From Bacteroidia bacterium (GTDB lineage: Bacteria; Bacteroidota; Bacteroidia; B-17B0; Aurantibacillaceae), in NCBI GenBank assembly GCA_026414605.1, contig JAOAIP010000019.1, positions 5,242-69,241 on the forward strand: a DNA stretch of 64,000 nucleotides. Direction: 5' to 3'. A program made the translations under genes and the position numbers. Shown here one piece after another: positions 27,435 through 36,437 of the stretch. Under the pieces are notes generated by a model. That model saw only the letters and a list, made by a program, of their open reading frames with translations. It did not search any database and had not been told where the DNA came from. Within the stretch, counting starts at the first letter, position 1; every line of letters begins with the position of its first letter.

Positions 27435-29519
27435 ATGTCTCAAAAGGTTTATGTTCTGTTACTTTTTGTTTTTTGCTCTTTCTTTTCTTACTCGCAGTCC
27501 GAAAAAGAATTATACAGAGAAGCATTGTCTTATATGAGTGCTAAAGATTATGCTAAAGCATATTCTATAATGGATAAGTTGTATTCTAAAAAACCCAAAA
27601 ATGAAGATTATTTGTTTACACTTGGGCTTATTTGCTTAAATTACCCTGAAAGAAAAGATCGGGCAGTAGAGATTTTTGAAGCATTATCTCAAAAAAGAAA
27701 AGATATGTTGGAAATAAAATACTATTTGGGAAAGGCCTATCATATGAACTATAAATTTAATGAAGCCATTCCCTTGTTACAAGATTTTATCAATAATTTC
27801 GCATCTATTAAAAAAACAAGCGAAGAACAAAACGCTATGATCAATGATGCTCTTTTACTTTTAAATTATAGTGAAAATGGAAAATCTATCATGGAAAACA
27901 AAGTATTTTGTAAAATAGAAAATATCGGTGCACCTATAAATACAGAAGCATCAGAATATGTTCCTGTAATATCTGCAGATGAAAGTGTTTTAATTTTTAC
28001 TTATGTTGGACCAAAATCTACAGGCGGATTAGTGAATGATGAATTAAAACCCGATAAAGATGAGGGGTATTATCACGAAGATATTATGATTTCTTTTAAA
28101 AGAGAAGATGGAACTTGGACAGAACCCGTGGGAATTCCTGAATTAAACACACCTGGTCACGATGCCGCCATTGCTCTTTCACCCGATGGGCAAACATTAT
28201 TTATATTTAAATCCACTAATGAAGACAAAGGAGACATTTATATGTCTGTTTTAGATGGAAATAAATGGACAGAACCCACCCGATTAAATTCAAATATCAA
28301 TACAGAATATTGGGAGGGAAGTTGTTCGGTAAGTGCAGATGGTAAATATCTTTATTTTGCATCAGAGCGACCAGGAGGATATGGCGGTAGAGATTTATGG
28401 GTGTCGGAAAAAGTAGGCGATGATTGGGGACCTGCAAAAAATCTTGGACCTACTATCAATACTAAATACGATGAAGACGCACCATTTATTCATCCCGATG
28501 GTATTACACTGTTTTTTAGTTCAAAGGGACATAAAAGTATAGGAGGATATGATATTATGTATTCTATTAAAAAAGAGGGGCAATGGCTACCCCCAAAAAA
28601 TATGGGTGTTCCATTGAATACTACCGAAGATGATAGATATTATGTAATTAATGCAAAAGGAGATAGAGGGTATTTATCTTCAGATCGTGGCGGCTATGGT
28701 GGAAAAGGTGAACAAGACATATATACATCTACCCCTGGAATAGTGGGCGAAAAGCCCGTCTTAGCAGTGGTTACGGGTACGGTCTTTGGTAATGACAAAC
28801 CTATTGCAGCAGATATCATTATTACTAAAATGTCAGAAAATAAAGAGTTTAAATTGGTATCTAATCAAGTAACAGGAAAGTATTATATTGCTCTTTCACC
28901 TGGTCAAACCTACAAAGTAAAAGTAATAGCAAAAGGATATGAACCTACTGAAGAAGTATTTGATATTGAAAATATCAAAGAATACACTCAAATTAATAAA
29001 AACTTCTTTTTATTAACACCTGAACAAGTGGCTAAAATTAACGAAGAAATACAAAAAGAAAATGAACAACTAAAAAAAGAAAAACCAGAAGAGTTTGCAA
29101 AAACAGAACACCATTCTACTACTGATTGCGAAAGCAAATTACCAGAAAATTATTTGGAAGCAAAAAAACAAATTAGTAATCTTGAGATAACAAAAAAATA
29201 CGATGCGATCATCTCTTTATTAGCCAATTATTGCTTAGATGGGTTGATATTTAGAGTCCAAATAGCGGCATATCATTATCCTAAAAATTACAGTTACAAA
29301 CATCTGATAGAATTTGGACAACCTATTGTTTCTGCAGGAAATGATAATATTACTCGTTTTTATCTTCCCATAGACAATAAAACACTTAAAGAAGCCGAAG
29401 CATTAAGGCAAAAAGCGATATTAAAAGGACAAACAGATGCATGGATAGTGGCTTTTTACAAAGGAAAGAGATATACGCTACAAGAATTATTAAAAGAGGA
29501 TTTTTTTGCGAATAAATAA
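27435..29519 (+). CDS. TPR plus TolB-like PD40 beta-propeller protein with a SPOR-like C-terminus
   Basis: Signal peptide and N-terminal TPR repeats. Four or five PD40 repeats (SPDGQTLFIF, SADGKYLYFASERPGGYGGRDLWVS, HPDGITLFFSS). A carboxypeptidase-regulatory-like beta domain. The C-terminal FRVQIAAY...AWIVAFYKGKRY resembles SPOR. Confidence 0.6.
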   Translation: MSQKVYVLLLFVFCSFFSYSQSEKELYREALSYMSAKDYAKAYSIMDKLYSKKPKNEDYLFTLGLICLNYPERKDRAVEIFEALSQKRKDMLEIKYYLGKAYHMNYKFNEAIPLLQDFINNFASIKKTSEEQNAMINDALLLLNYSENGKSIMENKVFCKIENIGAPINTEASEYVPVISADESVLIFTYVGPKSTGGLVNDELKPDKDEGYYHEDIMISFKREDGTWTEPVGIPELNTPGHDAAIALSPDGQTLFIFKSTNEDKGDIYMSVLDGNKWTEPTRLNSNINTEYWEGSCSVSADGKYLYFASERPGGYGGRDLWVSEKVGDDWGPAKNLGPTINTKYDEDAPFIHPDGITLFFSSKGHKSIGGYDIMYSIKKEGQWLPPKNMGVPLNTTEDDRYYVINAKGDRGYLSSDRGGYGGKGEQDIYTSTPGIVGEKPVLAVVTGTVFGNDKPIAADIIITKMSENKEFKLVSNQVTGKYYIALSPGQTYKVKVIAKGYEPTEEVFDIENIKEYTQINKNFFLLTPEQVAKINEEIQKENEQLKKEKPEEFAKTEHHSTTDCESKLPENYLEAKKQISNLEITKKYDAIISLLANYCLDGLIFRVQIAAYHYPKNYSYKHLIEFGQPIVSAGNDNITRFYLPIDNKTLKEAEALRQKAILKGQTDAWIVAFYKGKRYTLQELLKEDFFANK

Positions 29520-29536
29520 TTTAGCATTAAATAAGT

Positions 29537-31132
29537 ATGCAAAAAAAATATTCATATAAAGTTGTTTTAATTTTTATTGTTGTTTATTTGTTTTCATTAG
29601 GAGAATTATTGGCTCAAATGAAAAATGATAAACTTCAAGATAAGTTAAATAAAGCAGATGAGTTATTTGATCATGGAAATTACTTAATGGCGATTCCTAT
29701 TTACAAAGAATTATTAAAAAAAGAACCTGACAATAAATACGTCAAAGCCAAATTAGCCGTTTGTTATCTTAATACCAATCAAAATAGATCTGAACCAATT
29801 AAACTATTGGAAGAATTAACCAAAGAAGAAAAAACGGATATTGAAAACTGGTATTATTTAGGAATGGCCTATCATCTCAATGGACAAATTGATAAAGCCA
29901 TTGAGACCTTTGAAAAATACATTTCTCTAAAACCAAAAAAATCGGATATTGAAAAAGCCAATAGAAAAATACAACAATGTCAAAACGCTAAGAAACTAAT
30001 GAGTAATCCTATCAATATTACATTTACCAATCTTGGTCCTGAAATAAATTCACCTGATCCAGATTACTATCCTTATGTAAATGGCAATGAGACCTTTTTA
30101 GTATTTACTTCTCGTAGAAAAGAAAATGTTGGAGGAAATAAAATAGAAATTGATGGGTATCGTCCCAGCGATATTTGGTTTAGTAAAGTAGAAAACGGCA
30201 AATGGATAAAGGCATATAATGCAGGAAAAGTTATTAACACCAATTATGACGAACAATGTGTATCACTATCTACCGATGGCAATCAAATGGTTGTGTATTT
30301 TGATAATATAGAAAAATACGGAGATCTTTATACTTCTGATAGAAACCCGAATGGAGAATTTACCAAACTCAAACCCATGCATCCTTTTATTAGTGATCCT
30401 AAAACTATTGAAACAAGTGGTTCTTTTACACCCGATGGAAATACTTTTTTCTTTGCAAGAAGAATGAGTATAGATGATCAAAGCGATATTTATATGATTC
30501 GCAAATTACCAAATGGTCAGTGGGGAATGCCACAAAAACTACCCGAACAAATCAATACTCCATATAATGAAGATTTTCCATTCATAGGTGCAGATGGTGT
30601 GAGTTTGTATTTCTCTTCAGAAGGACATAATTCTATGGGCGGTTACGATTTATTTAAATCTACATGGAATCCTGAAGAAAACACATGGACACCTGCTGAA
30701 AATTTGGGATACCCTATAAATTCTACGGGTGATGATAGAAGTATTTGTATGACACCCGACAATAGAGTGGGGTATATCAGTGCATTTAGACCAAATGGCA
30801 TAGGAGATTTGGATATTTACAGAATTCGTTTTGACGATAGAGATCAAATCATTAGAATAATTACAGGTAAAGTTTATTTGAACGATACAACTACAAAAGC
30901 CATTGATGTTCCCGTGATGATTATAGCAAAAAATAAAAAAACAGAAGAAGAAAGACAATTTGTTCCAAACTCAAGAACCGCCAAATATGTAATTGCACTT
31001 GAAGCAGGTGAATATACTATTACAGTTTCTGCCGATGGATATGAAGATTATACAGAGCATATTTCTGTATCTGATATTGGAAAAATTGAAATTGAAAAAA
31101 ACAAAGATTTTATATTAAAGAAAAAACCATGA
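29537..31132 (+). CDS. TPR plus PD40 beta-propeller protein, paralog 2
   Basis: Same architecture without the SPOR-like tail. PNGQWGMPQKLPEQINTPYNEDFPFIGADGVSLYFSSEGHNSMGGYDLFKS is nearly identical to the next gene. Confidence 0.6.
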   Translation: MQKKYSYKVVLIFIVVYLFSLGELLAQMKNDKLQDKLNKADELFDHGNYLMAIPIYKELLKKEPDNKYVKAKLAVCYLNTNQNRSEPIKLLEELTKEEKTDIENWYYLGMAYHLNGQIDKAIETFEKYISLKPKKSDIEKANRKIQQCQNAKKLMSNPINITFTNLGPEINSPDPDYYPYVNGNETFLVFTSRRKENVGGNKIEIDGYRPSDIWFSKVENGKWIKAYNAGKVINTNYDEQCVSLSTDGNQMVVYFDNIEKYGDLYTSDRNPNGEFTKLKPMHPFISDPKTIETSGSFTPDGNTFFFARRMSIDDQSDIYMIRKLPNGQWGMPQKLPEQINTPYNEDFPFIGADGVSLYFSSEGHNSMGGYDLFKSTWNPEENTWTPAENLGYPINSTGDDRSICMTPDNRVGYISAFRPNGIGDLDIYRIRFDDRDQIIRIITGKVYLNDTTTKAIDVPVMIIAKNKKTEEERQFVPNSRTAKYVIALEAGEYTITVSADGYEDYTEHISVSDIGKIEIEKNKDFILKKKP

Positions 31133-32694
31133 AAAAAATCATTTTTATTGTATCAGCATTGTTTTTCACTATCTCTGCAAATGCTCAAGAGTTAGACAAT
31201 AAATTAATGCCTAAATTTTTAAAAGCCGAAGATCTTTTTGATGCAGGGAATTATTTATCCGCCATTCCTTTGTACAAAGAGGTTTTAGATAAAGCACCGC
31301 ACAACAAATTTGTAATGGCTAAATTAGCAGTATGTTACATTAAGACAAGAACCAATAGAGATCAATCTGTTAAACTCCTCGAAAAACTTGTTGAATCCAA
31401 AGATATAGATCCCAAAATTTGGTATTATCTTGGAAAAGCATACCATCTTAATAATAAATTAGACGACGCCATTGCTGCTTATGAAAATTACAAAACATTT
31501 AAATTAAAAAAGAAAGAAGTAGAAGATGTGAATAGACAAATAGAAATCTGTAAAAACGCAAAGCAACTAATGCAATACCCTGTAAATGTTATTTTTACAA
31601 ATATCGGAAAAGAAATTAATACAGAGTTTCCCGAATACTATCCATTTGTAGATGAAAACGAAACGACATTAGTGTTTACCTCACGTAGAAAAACCAATAT
31701 TGGTGGAGGAAGATCAGAAGCAGATGGTTACAGACCAAGTGATGTATGGATAAGCACTGTTAAAAATAATGTTTGGGATAAACCAATGAGTGCAGGAAAA
31801 GAAATCAACACTAAATTTGATGAAATGTGCGTGTTTCTTAATCCAGAAGGAAATGTAATGTTGGTTTATGTTGATAGAGGAGGAGAAAAATTCGGTGATC
31901 TTTATTTAAGTATGAAAGACAAAAAATCTCAATTTGGAAAACTAAAACCATTGCCAGAAATCATTAACGACCCTGATAAAATTGAATTGTCAGGATGTTT
32001 TAATAGAGATAGTTCTATTTTCTTTTTTGTAAGAAAAGATAAATTAGAAACAACATCAGATATTTTTATGGTGAAAAAATTACCCAATGGACAGTGGGGA
32101 CCACCTCAAAAATTACCAGAACAAATTAATACACCATACAATGAAGATTTCCCATACCTTGCCCCAGATGGTGTTACTTTTTATTTTGCATCAGAAGGAC
32201 ATAATAGCATGGGGGGCTACGATATATTTAAATCTATTTTTGATCCTGAAACAGGAAAATTTACTCCTGCTGAAAATCTCGGCTATCCAATTAACTCAAC
32301 CGATGATGATATGGGAATATGTGTTACAAAAAATAAAAAGATTGCTTATGTCAGTGCTTATCGTCCTACAGGATATGGAGACCTTGACATTTACCGAATC
32401 AAATTTATGGATGAAGAACAAGCCACAAAGATATTTAAAGGAAAAATTTTTATGAAAGATACCACACAAAAGATGAATCAACAAATTACTATCATTGCTA
32501 CCAATAAAAAAACAAGCGATGAGTATACATTTACGTCAAAAAACAATGGAGAATTTATTTTAGCATTAGAAGAAGGTGAATATACAATAAGTGTGGATAT
32601 AGACGGTTTTTTACCATTTAAGAAAGATATGAAAGTATCAGATATAGGTACAATTTCAGAAGAAGAATTGACGATTGTTCTTCAACCGAAATGA
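31129..32694 (+). CDS. TPR plus PD40 beta-propeller protein, paralog 3
   Basis: ATGA overlap with paralog 2. PNGQWGPPQKLPEQINTPYNEDFPYLAPDGVTFYFASEGHNSMGGYDIFKS. Confidence 0.6.
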   Translation: MKKIIFIVSALFFTISANAQELDNKLMPKFLKAEDLFDAGNYLSAIPLYKEVLDKAPHNKFVMAKLAVCYIKTRTNRDQSVKLLEKLVESKDIDPKIWYYLGKAYHLNNKLDDAIAAYENYKTFKLKKKEVEDVNRQIEICKNAKQLMQYPVNVIFTNIGKEINTEFPEYYPFVDENETTLVFTSRRKTNIGGGRSEADGYRPSDVWISTVKNNVWDKPMSAGKEINTKFDEMCVFLNPEGNVMLVYVDRGGEKFGDLYLSMKDKKSQFGKLKPLPEIINDPDKIELSGCFNRDSSIFFFVRKDKLETTSDIFMVKKLPNGQWGPPQKLPEQINTPYNEDFPYLAPDGVTFYFASEGHNSMGGYDIFKSIFDPETGKFTPAENLGYPINSTDDDMGICVTKNKKIAYVSAYRPTGYGDLDIYRIKFMDEEQATKIFKGKIFMKDTTQKMNQQITIIATNKKTSDEYTFTSKNNGEFILALEEGEYTISVDIDGFLPFKKDMKVSDIGTISEEELTIVLQPK

Positions 32695-32836
32695 ATTTTC
32701 TGTTTTTGCCGCTTCATTGTTAGGTATGCAAAAAAATCTCAACAACGTTTCTGAACATCCACAGCCCAGAATATGAGATCACTCCATTTTTTATCGTTTT
32801 AAAAAACAATTTGAAAATATAGATACATCTTTACAA

Positions 32837-33589
32837 ATGATTGGAAAAAGAAAAATACCTTATGATTTAGATGATCCAAGAACAACCCAACTTCACAGGG
32901 ATATTATCTTAAATACACCATTTTTGAAAAAAGTGTATCTGTATTGGTACAAAGAATTTGAAAAAGTAGTTCAAGAAAATCCAAAAGGACACTATTTGGA
33001 ATTAGGATCTGGTGGGGGCTTTTTGAAAGACCTCGTTCCCAACCTTATCACCTCTGATCTTCTGCCATTACCTTATGTAGATAAACAAATCAATGCAGAG
33101 CAATTGCCTTTTGAAAACGAATCTCTTAATGGTATTTTTTTACTCAATGTATTTCATCATATTCCAAGACCTTACTTGTTTCTCAAAGAAGCCGAAAGGT
33201 GCTTAAAACCCAATGGCAAAATTGTGATTATAGACCCTGCTAATACTTTGTTTTCAAGATGTATCTACAAGAAATTGCATCATGAACCTTTTGACGAAAA
33301 CGGTGGATTAACCATTGATGAAGGAAAGCCATTAAGCAATTCTAATCAAGCCCTGTCTTATATTTATTTTATTCGTGAAAAAAATAAATTTCAAAAAAAT
33401 TTTCCTCATCTGAAGATACTGAATATAAACTATCATACAACACTTTTGTATTTATTGAGTGGCGGAGTGTCTTATTATCCATTTGTGCCTTCATTTACAT
33501 TTGGTATATTTAATTTTGCAGAAAAAATTTTAAAACCAATTCAAAAACATACGGCTTTATTTCAAACAATCATTATTCAAAAACAATGA
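32837..33589 (+). CDS. class I SAM-dependent methyltransferase
   Basis: Motif I YLELGSGGGFL and a post-I acidic residue. Methyltransf_11-like LKPNGKIVIIDP. Confidence 0.7.
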   Translation: MIGKRKIPYDLDDPRTTQLHRDIILNTPFLKKVYLYWYKEFEKVVQENPKGHYLELGSGGGFLKDLVPNLITSDLLPLPYVDKQINAEQLPFENESLNGIFLLNVFHHIPRPYLFLKEAERCLKPNGKIVIIDPANTLFSRCIYKKLHHEPFDENGGLTIDEGKPLSNSNQALSYIYFIREKNKFQKNFPHLKILNINYHTTLLYLLSGGVSYYPFVPSFTFGIFNFAEKILKPIQKHTALFQTIIIQKQ

Positions 33590-35007
33590 AAAACGAATTA
33601 AAAAATATAAAAGAATATTTTAATCAATTGGCAATAAAGAGAAAAAATAAAACCTTAAATAGATATTATTGGAATGAAATAACTCGTTACATAGAATATT
33701 TTACACACGAATACGATTCTGTATTAGAAATTGGTTGTGGAAGCGGCGATCTTATTGCTAATATCAAAGGGAAACATAAAACAGGAATTGACTTTTCAGA
33801 AGAACAAATTAAATGGGCAAAGGAAAAATACGGACATTATTCCAACATAGAGTTTTTAGTAATGGATGCTAATAATTTGAACTTAAATCAAAAATACGAT
33901 CTTATCATTATTTCAAATGTAATAGGTTTTTTAGAAGACATTCAAAAGGTTTTTGAACAATTACACAAAGTAGCACATCCAAGAACCAAAATCATTGTTC
34001 AATACTATAACTCTTTTTGGGAACCATTTATAAAATTAGCAGAATTTATTGGGATTAAGAAAAAAACTCCTATTCAAAACTGGCTCACCAGCGACGATGT
34101 TAATAATTTACTTTACATTTCTGGATTTGAAGTGTATCGCAATACAAGACAAATGCTATTTCCTATATACATTCCTTTAATTTCAGAACTCTTAAATCGC
34201 TATATTGCTAAATTACCTATCATTCGTTATTTTAATCTTAATCATTATTCTTTTGCTCGCCCATTGCCTTGTAATACTTGCGAAGAATATTCTGTTTCTG
34301 TTGTTATTCCTGCTCGTAATGAAAGTGGAAATATTGAAAACGCTATTTTGAGAATGCCCCGCTTAGGTAAACATACAGAAATTATTTTTGTAGAAGGAAA
34401 CAGCACAGATGATACTTGGGAAAAAATTATTGATGTAAGCAATAAATATAAACATCAATGGGATATTAAATACTTCAAACAACCCGGAAAAGGCAAAGCA
34501 GATGCGGTAAGAGAAGGATTCAAACACGCTACAGGAGATATTTTGATGATTTTAGATGCTGACCTTACGGTACCACCCGAAGATTTACCAAAATTCTATA
34601 ATGCCATTGCTTCCAATAAAGGCGATTTTATCAATGGAACACGATTGGTTTATCCAATGGAAAAACAAGCAATGCGGTTTTTAAATTATTTGGGAAATCA
34701 GTTTTTTAGTTGGCTGTTTTCATTTTTATTAGAGCAAAAATTTAATGATACATTATGTGGTACCAAAGTGTTATTCAAAAAGGACTATGAGAAATTAATT
34801 AAAAATCGAGAATACTTTGGTGATTTTGATCCTTTTGGTGATTTTGATTTACTTTTTGGAGCACATAAATTAAATTTAAAAATCGTGGAAGTGCCCATAA
34901 AATATAGAGAAAGAGTTTATGGTACTACCAATATATCTCGTTTCAAACATGGATGGATACTTCTCAAAATGTGTGTTTTTGCCAGTAGAAAGTGTAAATT
35001 TATTTGA
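33586..35007 (+). CDS. fusion of a class I SAM methyltransferase (N-terminal) and a family 2 glycosyltransferase (C-terminal)
   Basis: N-terminal VLEIGCGSGDL. C-terminal VSVVIPARNESGNIE, FVEGNSTDDT and ILDADLT (DxD) are GT2 motifs. Confidence 0.75.
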   Translation: MKNELKNIKEYFNQLAIKRKNKTLNRYYWNEITRYIEYFTHEYDSVLEIGCGSGDLIANIKGKHKTGIDFSEEQIKWAKEKYGHYSNIEFLVMDANNLNLNQKYDLIIISNVIGFLEDIQKVFEQLHKVAHPRTKIIVQYYNSFWEPFIKLAEFIGIKKKTPIQNWLTSDDVNNLLYISGFEVYRNTRQMLFPIYIPLISELLNRYIAKLPIIRYFNLNHYSFARPLPCNTCEEYSVSVVIPARNESGNIENAILRMPRLGKHTEIIFVEGNSTDDTWEKIIDVSNKYKHQWDIKYFKQPGKGKADAVREGFKHATGDILMILDADLTVPPEDLPKFYNAIASNKGDFINGTRLVYPMEKQAMRFLNYLGNQFFSWLFSFLLEQKFNDTLCGTKVLFKKDYEKLIKNREYFGDFDPFGDFDLLFGAHKLNLKIVEVPIKYRERVYGTTNISRFKHGWILLKMCVFASRKCKFI

Positions 35008-35009
35008 TA

Positions 35010-35879
35010 ATGTATTACCTTGTTTATAGTATAATATTTGTATTATCTCTATTACCATTGCGAGTTTTATATTTAATTTCAGATGCTTTGGCACTTATTC
35101 TGTATTATATCTTAAGATATAGAAGAAGCGTAGTGCGTAATAATTTGATAAATGCTTTCCCAGAAAAATCAATAGATGAAATTACTCGGATAGAAAAAAA
35201 TTTTTATCGCTTTTTTACACAATGGATAGTTGAAACATTAAAATTAGTTTCTATTTCTCCTTCCGAATTAAAGAAAAGATGTATTTATACAGATCAATTT
35301 AAATCTATATTTGCTAAATATTATCAAGAAAATAAAAGTATAATGGCCTTAATGGGACATATTGGAAATTGGGAATGGGCAGGATCCTCTTTTCCTCTTT
35401 ACTTTAATCAAAAACTCATTGTTCTTTATCATCCATTGTCTAATAAAATTTTTGATCGTTTGATGATTCGTATCCGATCTCGTTTTGGAACAGAATTGTT
35501 GCCGATGCAAAGGGCTACCAGATATATTTTATCACATATTAAAGAAAAGCAAGTATATGCTTTCATTGCAGATCAATGTCCCTCTTTGCACAATGCTTTT
35601 TGGATGGAATTTTTGAATCAAGACACTGCGGTTTATTTTGGTCCAGAAAAAATTATGCACAAAACCCACCTTGTTCCTGTAATAGTTATTGTTTATCCAC
35701 ATCCAAATCAACGAGGACATTATATTATTGATGCAGAAGAAATAAAAAATACTGAAACAGAACTTGATACCTACCCCATAATGCATCAATTTATGAAAAA
35801 ATTAGAATCTGCTATTCAAAAGTATCCTGAATATTGGTTGTGGTCTCATAAGAGATGGAAGTTAAAACGACCCTCTTGA
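35010..35879 (+). CDS. LpxL/HtrB-family lipid A (Kdo2-lipid IVA) late acyltransferase-like protein
   Basis: N-terminal TM helix and MGHIGNWEW (HxxxxE-type acyltransferase motif). C-terminal PEYWLWSHKRWK is typical of the family. TTG 35004 is an alternative start. Confidence 0.7.
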   Translation: MYYLVYSIIFVLSLLPLRVLYLISDALALILYYILRYRRSVVRNNLINAFPEKSIDEITRIEKNFYRFFTQWIVETLKLVSISPSELKKRCIYTDQFKSIFAKYYQENKSIMALMGHIGNWEWAGSSFPLYFNQKLIVLYHPLSNKIFDRLMIRIRSRFGTELLPMQRATRYILSHIKEKQVYAFIADQCPSLHNAFWMEFLNQDTAVYFGPEKIMHKTHLVPVIVIVYPHPNQRGHYIIDAEEIKNTETELDTYPIMHQFMKKLESAIQKYPEYWLWSHKRWKLKRPS

Positions 35880-35890
35880 AAAGGACGATT

Positions 35891-36286
35891 TAGGGTTTGG
35901 TGAAAAAGCCAAAATTTACTTTCATAAAAATTAAATTATGGTTTCATAAAAAATCCGCCGAAGGCGGATAAATGTGAATAGCCATCGGTGAAACCGATGG
36001 TAAAAAGCAACATATTTATTTACAACTCTGAAAGGGTTGAATAAAAAACAAAAAATATCTTTTGTAGAACATTCAACCCCTTCGGGGTTGCAAAATTTAT
36101 TACCTTTTTATACCCCCAATTTCATTGGGGGCTATTCACATTTAATCCCTTCGGGATAATTTTTTTAAAATTAAAACAAGTGCAAGGATTTTTAGAAAAT
36201 TTGATAAAACGATTGCACAAAAAAAACAAAAAACGCATGGTAACTTAATAAATATCAATTAATTGAAACTTTTTCATCAAACCCTA
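35891..36286. repeat. 396-bp quasi-palindromic array of six triloop hairpins bounded by 18-bp terminal inverted repeats
   Basis: Terminal inverted repeat TAGGGTTTGGTGAAAAAG (35891-35908) / CTTTTTCATCAAACCCTA (36269-36286), 17 of 18 matching. Hairpins lie at 35953-35969, 35982-36000, 36023-36039, 36074-36090, 36113-36131 and 36144-36156. See findings. Confidence 0.8.
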
Positions 36287-36412
36287 TTTAAATGCAAATG
36301 ATTTTTATTTCTTAAACTCAGGATATCAGCCGATCATCTTTTTTATTTACCATTCATAAAATTTAACCAAATTCTATTAAAAAACAGCATTCTAAATGTA
36401 AATTAAAATCTG

Positions 36413-36420
36413 TATTTTTG
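36413..36420 (+). promoter_or_regulatory. -7 promoter box TATTTTTG
   Basis: TAnnTTTG match 18 nt upstream of ATG 36438. Confidence 0.45.
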
Positions 36421-36437
36421 TAACAAAATTTAGTATT

